Below are positions 29,606 to 38,707 of a DNA stretch of 64,000 nucleotides, piece by piece. The notes under the pieces are model-generated. The model was given only the letters and a program-made list of their open reading frames with translations, did not search any database and was not told the origin of the DNA. Within the stretch, counting starts at the first letter, position 1. Every line of letters begins with the position of its first letter. Source of the DNA: Candidatus Aminicenantes bacterium (GTDB taxonomy: Bacteria > Acidobacteriota > Aminicenantia > Aminicenantales > JAFGBC01); the NCBI GenBank assembly GCA_963702005.1, contig OY969696.1:2848001-2912000 (forward strand), in the 5' to 3' direction. The position numbers and the translations under genes were made by a program.

Positions 29606-30685
29606 CTATCTGTGGAGAAAACAGCGTTCGCAGTCGACCTCGCCCGGCCTGCGGGTGACCATCATGGACAGGCCGAGCTGGTCGGCCCGGTCGATGACCT
29701 CCTGGTCCTTGATCGAACCCAGGGGGTAGATGATCCCCTTGATCCCCTGCCGGGCGGCGAGCTCGACGACGTCCGGGAAGGGCATGAAAGCGTCCGAGGC
29801 CATGACGGTTCCTTCCGATCCGTAGCCACGTCTCGAGAGCCGGACGGCGTCCTCGGCCGAGTCGATTCGGGAGCGCTGTCCGGACCCGATGCCGTGAATT
29901 TTATCGGCCGTCGCGAGGATGATCGCATTCGAGCGGGTGAAACAGGCGACCGTCCAAGCGAACAGGGCCGCCCGGACTTCTTCTAGGGACGGCTTCCGCT
30001 TGGAGACGACATCCACGAACTCGGGCGAGACGATCCGGGAATCGAACCTCTTCTGGACCAGGAGGCCGCCCACGACCCGCTTGAGCTCGAGGCCGCCGTC
30101 GACGACCGGCTGGGCCGGCGAGGCCGTCATCCGGACAACTCTCAGGACTTTGCGGGTAGCCAGGATGCCCAGGGCGTCCGGGTCGAACACCGGGGCGAAC
30201 ACGACCTCGACGTTCCGGACGCTCTCGACGAGAAGCTTAGCCAGTCCGGCATCGACGGCAAAATTGAAGACGTCGACGCTTCCGAAGTTCGAGAGCGGAT
30301 CGCACTTCCAGGCTTTTTCGAAAGTCTCCCCGGGAGCGTCGCCGGCCGCGACTCCCGACGGCATCTCGTGCTTGACCAGGACGCACAGCTTTCGGTTGCC
30401 GGTCACGACGCCGAGCTTGCGGATGATCCTGAGGCCGAGATCCATGTCGCCGACATTGATATAGCTGAGACCCTTGGTCCCTTCCTGAAGAACCTCGATC
30501 GCCGCCATGGTCGGACCCGAGGCGCCCTCTTCGAGGTAGAAAGCCGCCGGATAGCCGGGGTTTTCGCCGTAGCGCATCGAAATTTTCTTGACGAAGCGTC
30601 CGTCTCCGACGGCCAAGGTCTCCGGGAAGTCCTCCTTGACCTTGGTCGAGTACTGCTGGCGGGCGGTCTTCTCGGTCTTGTCCAT
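29606..30685 (-). CDS. AICAR transformylase (PurH C-terminal half only)
   Basis: RYGENP near N-terminus, VKH, SNAI, GQRSRID, ASDAF.PF.D, ends RCFLHR; no IMPCH/MGS domain. Confidence 0.85.
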   Translation of the reverse strand: MDKTEKTARQQYSTKVKEDFPETLAVGDGRFVKKISMRYGENPGYPAAFYLEEGASGPTMAAIEVLQEGTKGLSYINVGDMDLGLRIIRKLGVVTGNRKLCVLVKHEMPSGVAAGDAPGETFEKAWKCDPLSNFGSVDVFNFAVDAGLAKLLVESVRNVEVVFAPVFDPDALGILATRKVLRVVRMTASPAQPVVDGGLELKRVVGGLLVQKRFDSRIVSPEFVDVVSKRKPSLEEVRAALFAWTVACFTRSNAIILATADKIHGIGSGQRSRIDSAEDAVRLSRRGYGSEGTVMASDAFMPFPDVVELAARQGIKGIIYPLGSIKDQEVIDRADQLGLSMMVTRRPGEVDCERCFLHR

Positions 30686-30689
30686 GCTC

Positions 30690-31427
30690 TCAGTCCTTCC
30701 ACTCATGGCGGTTGATGATGGCGACATCGGTCGCGCCGAAGCGATCATCCTCTGCCACGACGCAGGCCGCGGCGACCCGGACATCGGCGAAGCCCTTGGC
30801 CGGGGCGAGGGCGGCATAGAGGGCTTCGGCGATGTCCGCAGCCGTATCCCCGCGCAGCCCGACCTCGGCCGGCGGCCCGTCCCATATCGGAAGCGGGTTC
30901 CGGTTCGGCCCGGCGTAGGTCGCGATCATCCGGCCCTTCCCCGGATCGAGGGGAAGCTCGAAAACGAGCCGCCGGGCCGCTCCGTCTTCCGCCCGCCGGA
31001 TGATATTGAGGGCGGCTCCGGCGCCGATATAATAGCAGCCGCTGATCCTGGGGGTGTAAATCGGCGCGTCGGGCTCGAACTCCCATCCGGCCAGAACGCG
31101 GGACAGAAACTCGCCGGCGCTCTCCCCTCCGGCCGCCGGCGCGCCGATCGTCTCGGTTTGGCGGCCGTTCGAGACCGCGAGTCCGCCCGGCCGGAACAGG
31201 ACGGCCGGATAGACCAGAAGCTCCGGGTTCCCCTTCTTGAGGACCTCCTCATCGGTGGGCTTCGTCCAGATTCCCCGTCCGTCGCGCTCGAGCCTCCGGG
31301 CCTGGCTCGAGGGAGACCGGCCCGTGACCGCGTAGAGGACGGCGGGCCGCCCCGACCGGGTCAGGCCCAGGATGATCAGCCGCCCGGGATACTCCATCAA
31401 ACTCAGATGCTCGAACCCTGCGCTCAT
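30690..31427 (-). CDS. PurO-like IMP cyclohydrolase
   Basis: YPGR.I..G, Y..TGRS.SS.AR, SNG.QT, FEPDAP.YTPRISG. Confidence 0.85.
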   Translation of the reverse strand: MSAGFEHLSLMEYPGRLIILGLTRSGRPAVLYAVTGRSPSSQARRLERDGRGIWTKPTDEEVLKKGNPELLVYPAVLFRPGGLAVSNGRQTETIGAPAAGGESAGEFLSRVLAGWEFEPDAPIYTPRISGCYYIGAGAALNIIRRAEDGAARRLVFELPLDPGKGRMIATYAGPNRNPLPIWDGPPAEVGLRGDTAADIAEALYAALAPAKGFADVRVAAACVVAEDDRFGATDVAIINRHEWKD

Positions 31428-31577
31428 GCACAACCTTCCGTCCGGAATTGGCCCTTCATTGATACCACAAGAAAAGGCGGGACTCAAGACCCGCCGGACG
31501 GTGATGAGGCGGTCCGGTCGTTGACTTTAGCCGAGATCGGAATGTATCATCCTGTTATCCGCAAACGTATTGGAATA

Positions 31578-32312
31578 ATGATGAATAAGATCAACGAATT
31601 TCCCGAGATCATGTACCGGGACCCCGAATTCCTGGACTCCCTTGAAGGTCGGACCCTGCGGATCCTGAGCGAGTATCTCGGCCCGATGTCGAAGCTCGAC
31701 CGGATGAAGATCAACAGCACGATCCTCTTCCTGGGGTCGGCCCAGGCCAATCCGGCCAACCGGGGATCGCTGTTGACCCGCTATTATTGGGAAGCCGAGG
31801 AGCTGGCCTATCGCCTCGCCAAGTGGGCTATCCCCCTCAAGCCGAAGGGGAAGAACTTCGTCATTTGTACGGGGGCCGGGCCGGGCATCATGGAGGCGGC
31901 TAACCGCGGCGCGGCCCGCGCCGGGGCCAAGACGATCGGGATGAACATCTCCCTCCCCCAGCCTCAGAATCCCAACCCCTACATCTCGCCCGAGCTGGCC
32001 TTCGCCTTCCACTATTTCTTCATGAGGAAGTTCTGGCTCGTCTACAAGGCCAAGGCCGTGCTCGCCTTCCCGGGAGGGTTCGGGACCCTCGACGAGTTCT
32101 TCGAGATTATGACCCTCCTCCAGACGAGCAAGATCTCCAAGAAGGAGCTTACCCTCATCCTCTACGGAGAGGATTATTGGCGCAAGGTCCTTCATCTCGA
32201 CGTCCTGGTCGAGAATGGGGCCATCTGCGCCGAGGACCTGAAGCTGTTCTCCTTTTGCAGCTCTCCCGACGAGGCGTTCGCCCTCTTGAAAAAAAAGCTC
32301 AAGGCCCCATGA
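31578..32312 (+). CDS. LOG family nucleotide phosphoribohydrolase
   Basis: TG.GPGIMEAANRGA, FHYFFMRK, PGGFGTLDE. Confidence 0.9.
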   Translation: MMNKINEFPEIMYRDPEFLDSLEGRTLRILSEYLGPMSKLDRMKINSTILFLGSAQANPANRGSLLTRYYWEAEELAYRLAKWAIPLKPKGKNFVICTGAGPGIMEAANRGAARAGAKTIGMNISLPQPQNPNPYISPELAFAFHYFFMRKFWLVYKAKAVLAFPGGFGTLDEFFEIMTLLQTSKISKKELTLILYGEDYWRKVLHLDVLVENGAICAEDLKLFSFCSSPDEAFALLKKKLKAP

Positions 32313-32413
32313 ACAAGCCGGCTCTCCGGACCGCCCGGATTATCTGTTGGACCTTGTCAACGGCCGTCATCACCGTCAAGTAGACGGCCGAGGCGGCAGC
32401 GTCCCGCTCGGCC

Positions 32414-33709
32414 TTAACGGGCCGGGGCGAGCGGTGACTGCGGGCCGCCCGTCAACCCCAAGGCGAACAGGGACCGCGTTCCCCCGCTCCCCGAGAAGTA
32501 AATCATCCCGTTGGCGACGGCGACTTGGGTCGTCGCGTCGGCCTCGTGGCCCAGCGCGTAGCGGAACAGCCGTTTCTTGTTCGTTTCGCTGATGGCGTAG
32601 AGATTTGTGTCGGACAGGAAATAAACGACCCCGTTGGCGACGGTCGGGCTGAGGATGGCGTCGTAGCCTTGATACCTCCAGACCTGGGCGCCGTTCTTGA
32701 CGTTGTAGGCGTACAGGTAAGGATCGGTCGGAACGTAGATGACGTTTTTGACCGGATTGCAGGCGACGGCCCCGGTGATGTTCGAGGTCGTAAAGACCTT
32801 CTGCCAGATGGCCTGGGGGGAGGTGATGTTATAGACGCAGAGAATGCACTTGATAGTCTCCGAATATCCGAACCCATTGACGTAAACGACAATGAGATTA
32901 TCGTTGCAGATCGCAAAGCTCTGAATGTCCCAGCCCATGTCCGTCGTCGGCCGGGTGTAGTACAGCTCGACCTTTTTGGAGGCGGAGTTTATCCGGGCGA
33001 GCTTATCCATATCCATGTGGTTGACTTCAACGACGCCCCTGGCAAAGATCCAAGCTCCCTTGAGGAGGACATAATCCCCAATGAAGGGGACGCCGCCCAT
33101 GGTTTTGCTTTTATACCAGAGGACCTTCCCCGACTTCCGATGCAGGGCGTAGAGCTTCCCCTCACTGCCGTAAGAGCCCTCGATGATGTAGACGATATTC
33201 CTCGTCTCGTCCACGGCCGGAATGACCTTGGACAGAGAGGAGATGTTAAAGCTGATCGGCGCCTGCCAGATTTTTTTCCCTGACGAAGCCTTGAGGCCGT
33301 AGAGGGAAGAGGGGTTGTTTCCGGCCAGATAGATCAAGGTTCCGTCGGTCGTGATCACGGGCTGGGAAGCCGAATAATTCTCGGAGATATCCGACTGCCA
33401 GACGAAGTCCCCCGTCTCCGCGTCATAAGCGGACAGATTCTGTCCCTGGGCCGTCGTGAAGAGCCTGTTGTTGTAGACGGCGGGCGATCCGTAGATGGAC
33501 CTGGACCAGCCTTCTTCTCCGATACTCCAAGCGAGTTTCAACTTCTTGACGTTCTGAGTCGTGATCGTCTTCTCGAGCGCGGCGTAGCTTGTCAGCTGAT
33601 CATCGTAGCCGAAATGCGGCCAGTTGAGGGCGGGAATCGCCGCCCGGCCGGCCAGGATCAGAATCAAACACAAACCGGCGGTGATGGAAAGGGATTTGAT
33701 AACCTTCAT
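32414..33709 (-). CDS. Secreted PQQ-binding-like beta-propeller protein
   Basis: AGGAG RBS, signal peptide, repeated LYA.....GK..W blades, SP.VANG.VY. Confidence 0.8.
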   Translation of the reverse strand: MKVIKSLSITAGLCLILILAGRAAIPALNWPHFGYDDQLTSYAALEKTITTQNVKKLKLAWSIGEEGWSRSIYGSPAVYNNRLFTTAQGQNLSAYDAETGDFVWQSDISENYSASQPVITTDGTLIYLAGNNPSSLYGLKASSGKKIWQAPISFNISSLSKVIPAVDETRNIVYIIEGSYGSEGKLYALHRKSGKVLWYKSKTMGGVPFIGDYVLLKGAWIFARGVVEVNHMDMDKLARINSASKKVELYYTRPTTDMGWDIQSFAICNDNLIVVYVNGFGYSETIKCILCVYNITSPQAIWQKVFTTSNITGAVACNPVKNVIYVPTDPYLYAYNVKNGAQVWRYQGYDAILSPTVANGVVYFLSDTNLYAISETNKKRLFRYALGHEADATTQVAVANGMIYFSGSGGTRSLFALGLTGGPQSPLAPAR

Positions 33710-33907
33710 TCTTCTCCTCCTTTAAAAGCCCGAACCGATTGCCGGGCCGGCGGACGACGCCACTCCCCAGGACGCAGCGCTACCCCCCGGACCTGCTAAA
33801 GCGTTTATATAATATATTGTCCGGACTTTCGTCAACCTTTTTTTAGGGAGGGGCGAAATCTTGTCGCGGGGCAAGAAAAGACATTATAATATCGCCAAGG
33901 TTTGCCC

Positions 33908-34582
33908 ATGAAATGGCCACCCCGGATCAGCGATCGCGGCCGCAGACCGGCCGCGCTCTGGCCGGCCGTTCTTCTCATCGTCAGCGCCTGCGCCTGCACC
34001 CGGATCCGGGCCGACCTGAGCGAACCGGCGTCCCGGGGCGGCCACGCCATGACCGGCCTGGCCTCCTGGTACGGGCCCGATTTTCACGGCCGACCGACCT
34101 CGAGCAAAGAGATCTTCGACATGAACGACATGACGGCGGCCCACCGGAGCCTCCCCTTCGGGACTTGGGTCCTGGTCACGAATCTCGACAACGGCCGGAG
34201 CGTCGCCGTCCGCATTAACGACCGCGGCCCGTTCGTGGCGGGCCGGATCATCGATCTCTCCTATGCGGCGGCCCGGATGCTGGGCGCCGTCGGCCCGGGC
34301 ACGGTTCCGGTCCGGCTCGAGCTCCTCGACCAGAGCGCCCCTCCCCCGCTCGCCGGACGCTTCGCCGTCCAGGTCGGGTCGTTCGCCGCCAAGGACAACG
34401 CGGAACGATTGAGGGAGAAATTGTCCGGACGGTTCGGCGAGGTCGACGTCTCGGCCTTCGCCGGCGCCGAACGGACCTACTACCGCGTCCGGATCGGAGC
34501 CCGGACCCGCGACGAGGCCGAGGCCCTCGCCCGCCGACTCTCCGACGCCGGCTACCCCGTTATGATCATTGAGGGAAATTGA
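33908..34582 (+). CDS. rlpA: Septal ring lytic transglycosylase RlpA with SPOR domain
   Basis: GLASWYG..FHG..T, TAAHRSLPFG, RINDRGPF, IIDLS, VQVGSF. Confidence 0.92.
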   Translation: MKWPPRISDRGRRPAALWPAVLLIVSACACTRIRADLSEPASRGGHAMTGLASWYGPDFHGRPTSSKEIFDMNDMTAAHRSLPFGTWVLVTNLDNGRSVAVRINDRGPFVAGRIIDLSYAAARMLGAVGPGTVPVRLELLDQSAPPPLAGRFAVQVGSFAAKDNAERLREKLSGRFGEVDVSAFAGAERTYYRVRIGARTRDEAEALARRLSDAGYPVMIIEGN

Positions 34583-34629
34583 CTCCGGAGGTCCAAGCTT
34601 CAACCGACACCGTTGTTAAGAGGAGACAA

Positions 34630-34922
34630 ATGAAAAAACTGATCGCCCTCGTCTTCCTGGGAATCCCCCTTGTCTTATCCCTGGCCTGCGTCGTCTCGGG
34701 GCCCCGCGTCGCTCCCCCCCGCCGCCCAATGAGATCGTCCCGGCTCGCCCCCACCCCGAATACGTCTGGACCTCAGGCTACTGGCGCTGGACGGGAGGAC
34801 GCTACGTATGGATCGCCGGCAGCTGGGTCAAACCGAGGCACGGCTACACGTGGGTTCCTGGCCACTGGGAGCCTCGGGGCCCGCGTTGGATCTGGAGGCC
34901 CGCTCACTGGCGGAGGTTCTGA
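34630..34922 (+). CDS. YXWGXW/WXXGXW-repeat lipoprotein, frameshift in C7 tract
   Basis: AGGAG RBS, lipobox LSLAC; after shift at 34714-34720 reads YVWTSGYWRW..RYVWIAGSW..GYTWVPGHW..WIWRPAHW stop. Confidence 0.8.
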
Positions 34923-35043
34923 GTCGAATCGGGGATCAATCCCCCGCGGGCCCGGCCTCATCCTGAAAACGACCGTGGCTTCGCCGTCCACGCTGGATTG
35001 GTCGGGATGATAGGTTAATTGCGCGGTTATACGGACCCCCATT

Positions 35044-36117
35044 CTATTCTTTCTGCTTGTAAAGATAGGCGCCCTCGACGAGCCTGTTCTTAGCGCCGTC
35101 GTTCACGGCGTACTTATGCCCGCTCCAGATCGAGGCCGAGCCGTACTCGCCGTTCTTGGCGAGGGCGTAAAAGCTGAGCCCGAAGTTGGGGAGGCCGTCG
35201 GCGTCGAGGAGGTGGGGCTGATAGCCCGTCGTCTTGACGATCCGCTTGAGGGCCTCGAAGCAGGCCTGTTCGGGCGTCAGGCCCTGGCGCATGAACTCGA
35301 CGACCGTGAAGCTCCCGCAGTTGAGGATGTTGGCTTCACCCCGCCCCGTCGAGCCGGCCGCGCCGACCTCGTTGTCGAGGTAGAGGCCGGCTCCGATGAT
35401 GGGCGAATCTCCGACCCGGCCCGGGAGCTTGAAGGCCAGCCCGCTCGTCGTCGTGACGCCGGCCAGATCGCCCTTGGCGTCGAGGGCGACGCAGTTGATG
35501 GTGCCGTAGGAGGCGACGTAGGGCTTGAGCTCGTCGGCGATTTTATCGGACTTGGGCGGGAACCAGTTGTCGCGGTCCGAGAGGGTCTCCTTCCATTTGA
35601 GCCAGATTTCGCGGGACTTGTCGGTCAGGAGGTTTTCCTCCGGAAAGCCGTGGGCCTTGGCGAAGCGCAGGGCCCCCTCGCCGACCAGGAGGGCGTGATC
35701 GGTCCGCTCCATGACGAGCCGGGCGACCTTGGACGGATTCTTGATGTTCCGGAGGGCCGCGACCGCGCCCGCCGTGTGGGTCGGCCCGTACATGACCGAG
35801 GCGTCGAGCTCGACGACGCCGTCCTCGTTGGGGAGGCCTCCGTAGCCGACCGAAGTGTCGTTGGGATCATCTTCGATGATAGCGACGCCGGCGATGACCG
35901 CGTCGAGCGGGTTCGCGCCCTGGCGGAGAAGATCCATGGCCTTGGCGGTGGCCGGAATCCCGTTTCCGCTCGCGACGACGATCAATTTCTTTCCGGCCGC
36001 CGCCGGCTCTGCCGCCTTTTTAATCTGCCCTCCCGACACAACGCCCGGAACGGCCAGCAGGGAGGCGGCGCCGACGCCCGCTTTCAGAAAATCCCGTCTC
36101 GAAACCGCTCGTTTCAT
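35044..36117 (-). CDS. Tat-exported glycosylasparaginase (Ntn hydrolase)
   Basis: SRRDFLK, SVGYGG.P, GTI nucleophile, TTTSG..FK.PGRVGDSPI.GAG. Confidence 0.9.
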   Translation of the reverse strand: MKRAVSRRDFLKAGVGAASLLAVPGVVSGGQIKKAAEPAAAGKKLIVVASGNGIPATAKAMDLLRQGANPLDAVIAGVAIIEDDPNDTSVGYGGLPNEDGVVELDASVMYGPTHTAGAVAALRNIKNPSKVARLVMERTDHALLVGEGALRFAKAHGFPEENLLTDKSREIWLKWKETLSDRDNWFPPKSDKIADELKPYVASYGTINCVALDAKGDLAGVTTTSGLAFKLPGRVGDSPIIGAGLYLDNEVGAAGSTGRGEANILNCGSFTVVEFMRQGLTPEQACFEALKRIVKTTGYQPHLLDADGLPNFGLSFYALAKNGEYGSASIWSGHKYAVNDGAKNRLVEGAYLYKQKE

Positions 36118-36171
36118 TCCGACCTCCTCAAGATTTGGTATGGACTAGGACTCTATTTTCAAGGCCGCCCG

Positions 36172-38538
36172 TCATTCCTCGGACTCGAGGAGGAGCAACA
36201 GGACGGCGTGATCCCCATCCGGGACCTCGAATTCGGCGGTCTTCCCCTCGAAGATTTCTTTCTCGCTGCCGTCGATCGAGAGCTGGTACTTGCCCTTTTT
36301 GAGGAGCTCGATCGTGACCTCGCGGGCTTCCAGGGATTTGATTTCGAAAGAGACCTCTCCTTCCGAGTACAGGAAATGGCGGAAGACGGCCCCGCCGTCC
36401 GCCTCGAGGATGTCCCGGCCTTCTTCCTGAAGCAGGGTCCCGGACTTGGAGACGGTGACGTCGTAGCGTCGGCCTTGGATTGAGACCCGGCTCAGGCGGC
36501 CCTTCCGGGCCGGGTCGAGGATGCCGAAGCGAAAACCGTCCCAGGGCGTGAAGTCCAGGTATTCCTCGAGGGCCGTCAGCGCGAAGAGCGGGCCCCGGAC
36601 GGCGAAGCGGTCCCCTCCGGCGTCGCCGCTCCGGGCGTCGAAGGACTCGGGGCTGAGCTGGAAGTTCTGCCAGTTCCTCAAGAAGAGGGTCGCGCTCTTG
36701 TCCGCGAAGTCGGAGGCGGCGGCGTCGAAGCCGTAGGCCTTGAGGCCCTGATAGACGAGATAGTTGGCGACGGGCTGGATCGTGCCGCGCCAAGCGCCTT
36801 GATCCTTGAAGGCGATGTCGTCGCGGGAGACGGTCGGGAGGACCGATTCCCCCCAAAATTCGCGGGGATTGAGAAGATGCTTGAGCATCCGCAGGGCCCG
36901 CTTCTGGTCGGGAATCTTGGCCAGGAGCGGCAAGAAGCTCGAAGCGGCCTTGCGCGTCGAGAAACGGCCGTCCCAATAGCGGTCGAAGTAGAGCCCGTCT
37001 CGTTCGTTCCAGAGCTGGCGGTCGACGAGCTCTTTGACCTTCTCGTACTCGGCGAGGTAATCCTCGTAGTCTTGCTTGATGTTGAGGACGTTCGCCATCT
37101 GGGACAGGCACCAGGCATCCAGGGCGTACAGACAGTTGAGGTCGAGGCAGTTCACGGTTAGTGTCCCGGCCTCCTCGCTGAACAGGGCGTTGTCCCAGAG
37201 GGGGGAATCGGGCTGGCCCGACTCGATGCCGGCCCTCGCCTTGGGGTCGATCGATTCCTCCCAAGGCGGCAGCTTTCGGGGCAGGAGCTCCAGATTGGCG
37301 CCCCACTCGAGAAGGCCGTCGTTGTTCCCGTCCCGGTTCAAGGAGCCGTTCGGCCTGCGCAGCCTCCAGAAGGCATGCCATTTCTGGAGGCTGGGATAGG
37401 CGGCGCGCAAGAAGTCCATGTCGCCGACCTTTTCGAAAAGTTTAAGGACGAGGTAGGAGCCGACCGGAGGCTGGGAACGGTCCGGCGTCCCCGCCCCAGA
37501 GGCGGCGCGCCAATGGGGAAGGCAGCCGTTCGGGTATTGAGTGCCCAGCGCGGCCAGGGCGATGTCCGTGGCCAGCCGCGAACTCTCGACCGAAGCCAGC
37601 AGGGCATGAAAGAGCGACTCGAGGGGAAACATCGTCCAGAATTCCGTCCCGCCATCGGAGCGGGGCGCTCTGCGCAGCCGGGTCGCCGGCGTAAAAAAGC
37701 GTCGGCTGCTCGGCTCGAAAAGGGTATTCCAGAAGACGGTGTTGACGACGGATTCGGGCACGCCCCGGTAAGGCCCTTCGAGTTGAGTCCGGTTCTGCGC
37801 GTAGCGGACCTCCTCCTCGCCGAGGATGGTCTCGATCGTTTTCGCGTTCCTGTAGCGGTAGAGATGATTCTTAAGAATGCGGGCGTCCTCGCCGATGCCT
37901 GCCGCGAAATAGAGGTCGCGGCCTCTTCCCATCGAGAAGGCGACGACCGCTTCGCCGGCCTCGCCGGACCCGAGCGACTCGCCCTTGCGGTCGGTCCACA
38001 GAAAATAGTACTGCCGTTTGGGGTCCGCTATCTGCCCCTGGACCTCGCCCTCCGGTCCGATCGCATAGCCGCCCTTGAGTCCCCAGGGGAAGTAATGGAC
38101 GAGATGGACCTCGACCTTCTTGGGACAGACGATCCGGCCGATGACGGTCCGTTCGTCCTGGCGCGACCATTCGAGGACGAGCGTCTCGGCGCGCGGCGAG
38201 GGCTTGATCAAGACGGGCGTCTCCCCCGTCTTGTGGTAGGGCAAGCCGAGGTCGACCCGGAGCCGGGCGTACTGTCCGTCCGGGGAATGAGGTCCGACCT
38301 CGGAGACCAGGTAATGGAAATCGGCTGCGTCGGCCTGGTCGTAATCGCGCTGGACGCGGATCCGGAAGGCGAAAGCCGCCTCCTTGGTGGGGGCGAAGAC
38401 GAGGCCGGTCCAGACGGGGGCGTCGAGGGCTCCGATGGCAACGTCCTTCCAGGGATAATAGACCTCGGCACGGAGGATGGACAGGCAGAGAACGGCGGCC
38501 GCGAGGAGGGCGAGCATCAAGCGCCGACGTCTCATCAT
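36172..38538 (-). CDS. Secreted GH63/MGH1-like (alpha/alpha)6 glycoside hydrolase
   Basis: RSQPP, D.N.DGL.EWG, ESG..DSP.W, DLN, LW....G.Y, WRG.I. Confidence 0.7.
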   Translation of the reverse strand: MMRRRRLMLALLAAAVLCLSILRAEVYYPWKDVAIGALDAPVWTGLVFAPTKEAAFAFRIRVQRDYDQADAADFHYLVSEVGPHSPDGQYARLRVDLGLPYHKTGETPVLIKPSPRAETLVLEWSRQDERTVIGRIVCPKKVEVHLVHYFPWGLKGGYAIGPEGEVQGQIADPKRQYYFLWTDRKGESLGSGEAGEAVVAFSMGRGRDLYFAAGIGEDARILKNHLYRYRNAKTIETILGEEEVRYAQNRTQLEGPYRGVPESVVNTVFWNTLFEPSSRRFFTPATRLRRAPRSDGGTEFWTMFPLESLFHALLASVESSRLATDIALAALGTQYPNGCLPHWRAASGAGTPDRSQPPVGSYLVLKLFEKVGDMDFLRAAYPSLQKWHAFWRLRRPNGSLNRDGNNDGLLEWGANLELLPRKLPPWEESIDPKARAGIESGQPDSPLWDNALFSEEAGTLTVNCLDLNCLYALDAWCLSQMANVLNIKQDYEDYLAEYEKVKELVDRQLWNERDGLYFDRYWDGRFSTRKAASSFLPLLAKIPDQKRALRMLKHLLNPREFWGESVLPTVSRDDIAFKDQGAWRGTIQPVANYLVYQGLKAYGFDAAASDFADKSATLFLRNWQNFQLSPESFDARSGDAGGDRFAVRGPLFALTALEEYLDFTPWDGFRFGILDPARKGRLSRVSIQGRRYDVTVSKSGTLLQEEGRDILEADGGAVFRHFLYSEGEVSFEIKSLEAREVTIELLKKGKYQLSIDGSEKEIFEGKTAEFEVPDGDHAVLLLLLESEE

Positions 38539-38707
38539 AAAGATAACCGCTTGCCAGGTTTGAACGATTCCTAATCTAAGACAAACGGCGGCTAAAATCA
38601 ACCGACCGGTCCCGGCACGGCATTATCCGAAGATTGAAGAGCAGCCGCCGCCGTGATATATTGCGGTCCATGACGTTCGGATCAAGCCGATCCGACAGGA
38701 GGCGTCC

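Noticed and set aside
30588-31577. Long N-terminal extension on the LOG ORF
   Set aside because: Overlaps the PurO-like gene on the opposite strand; LOG domain starts near 31578 after a promoter-like TTGACT...TATCAT
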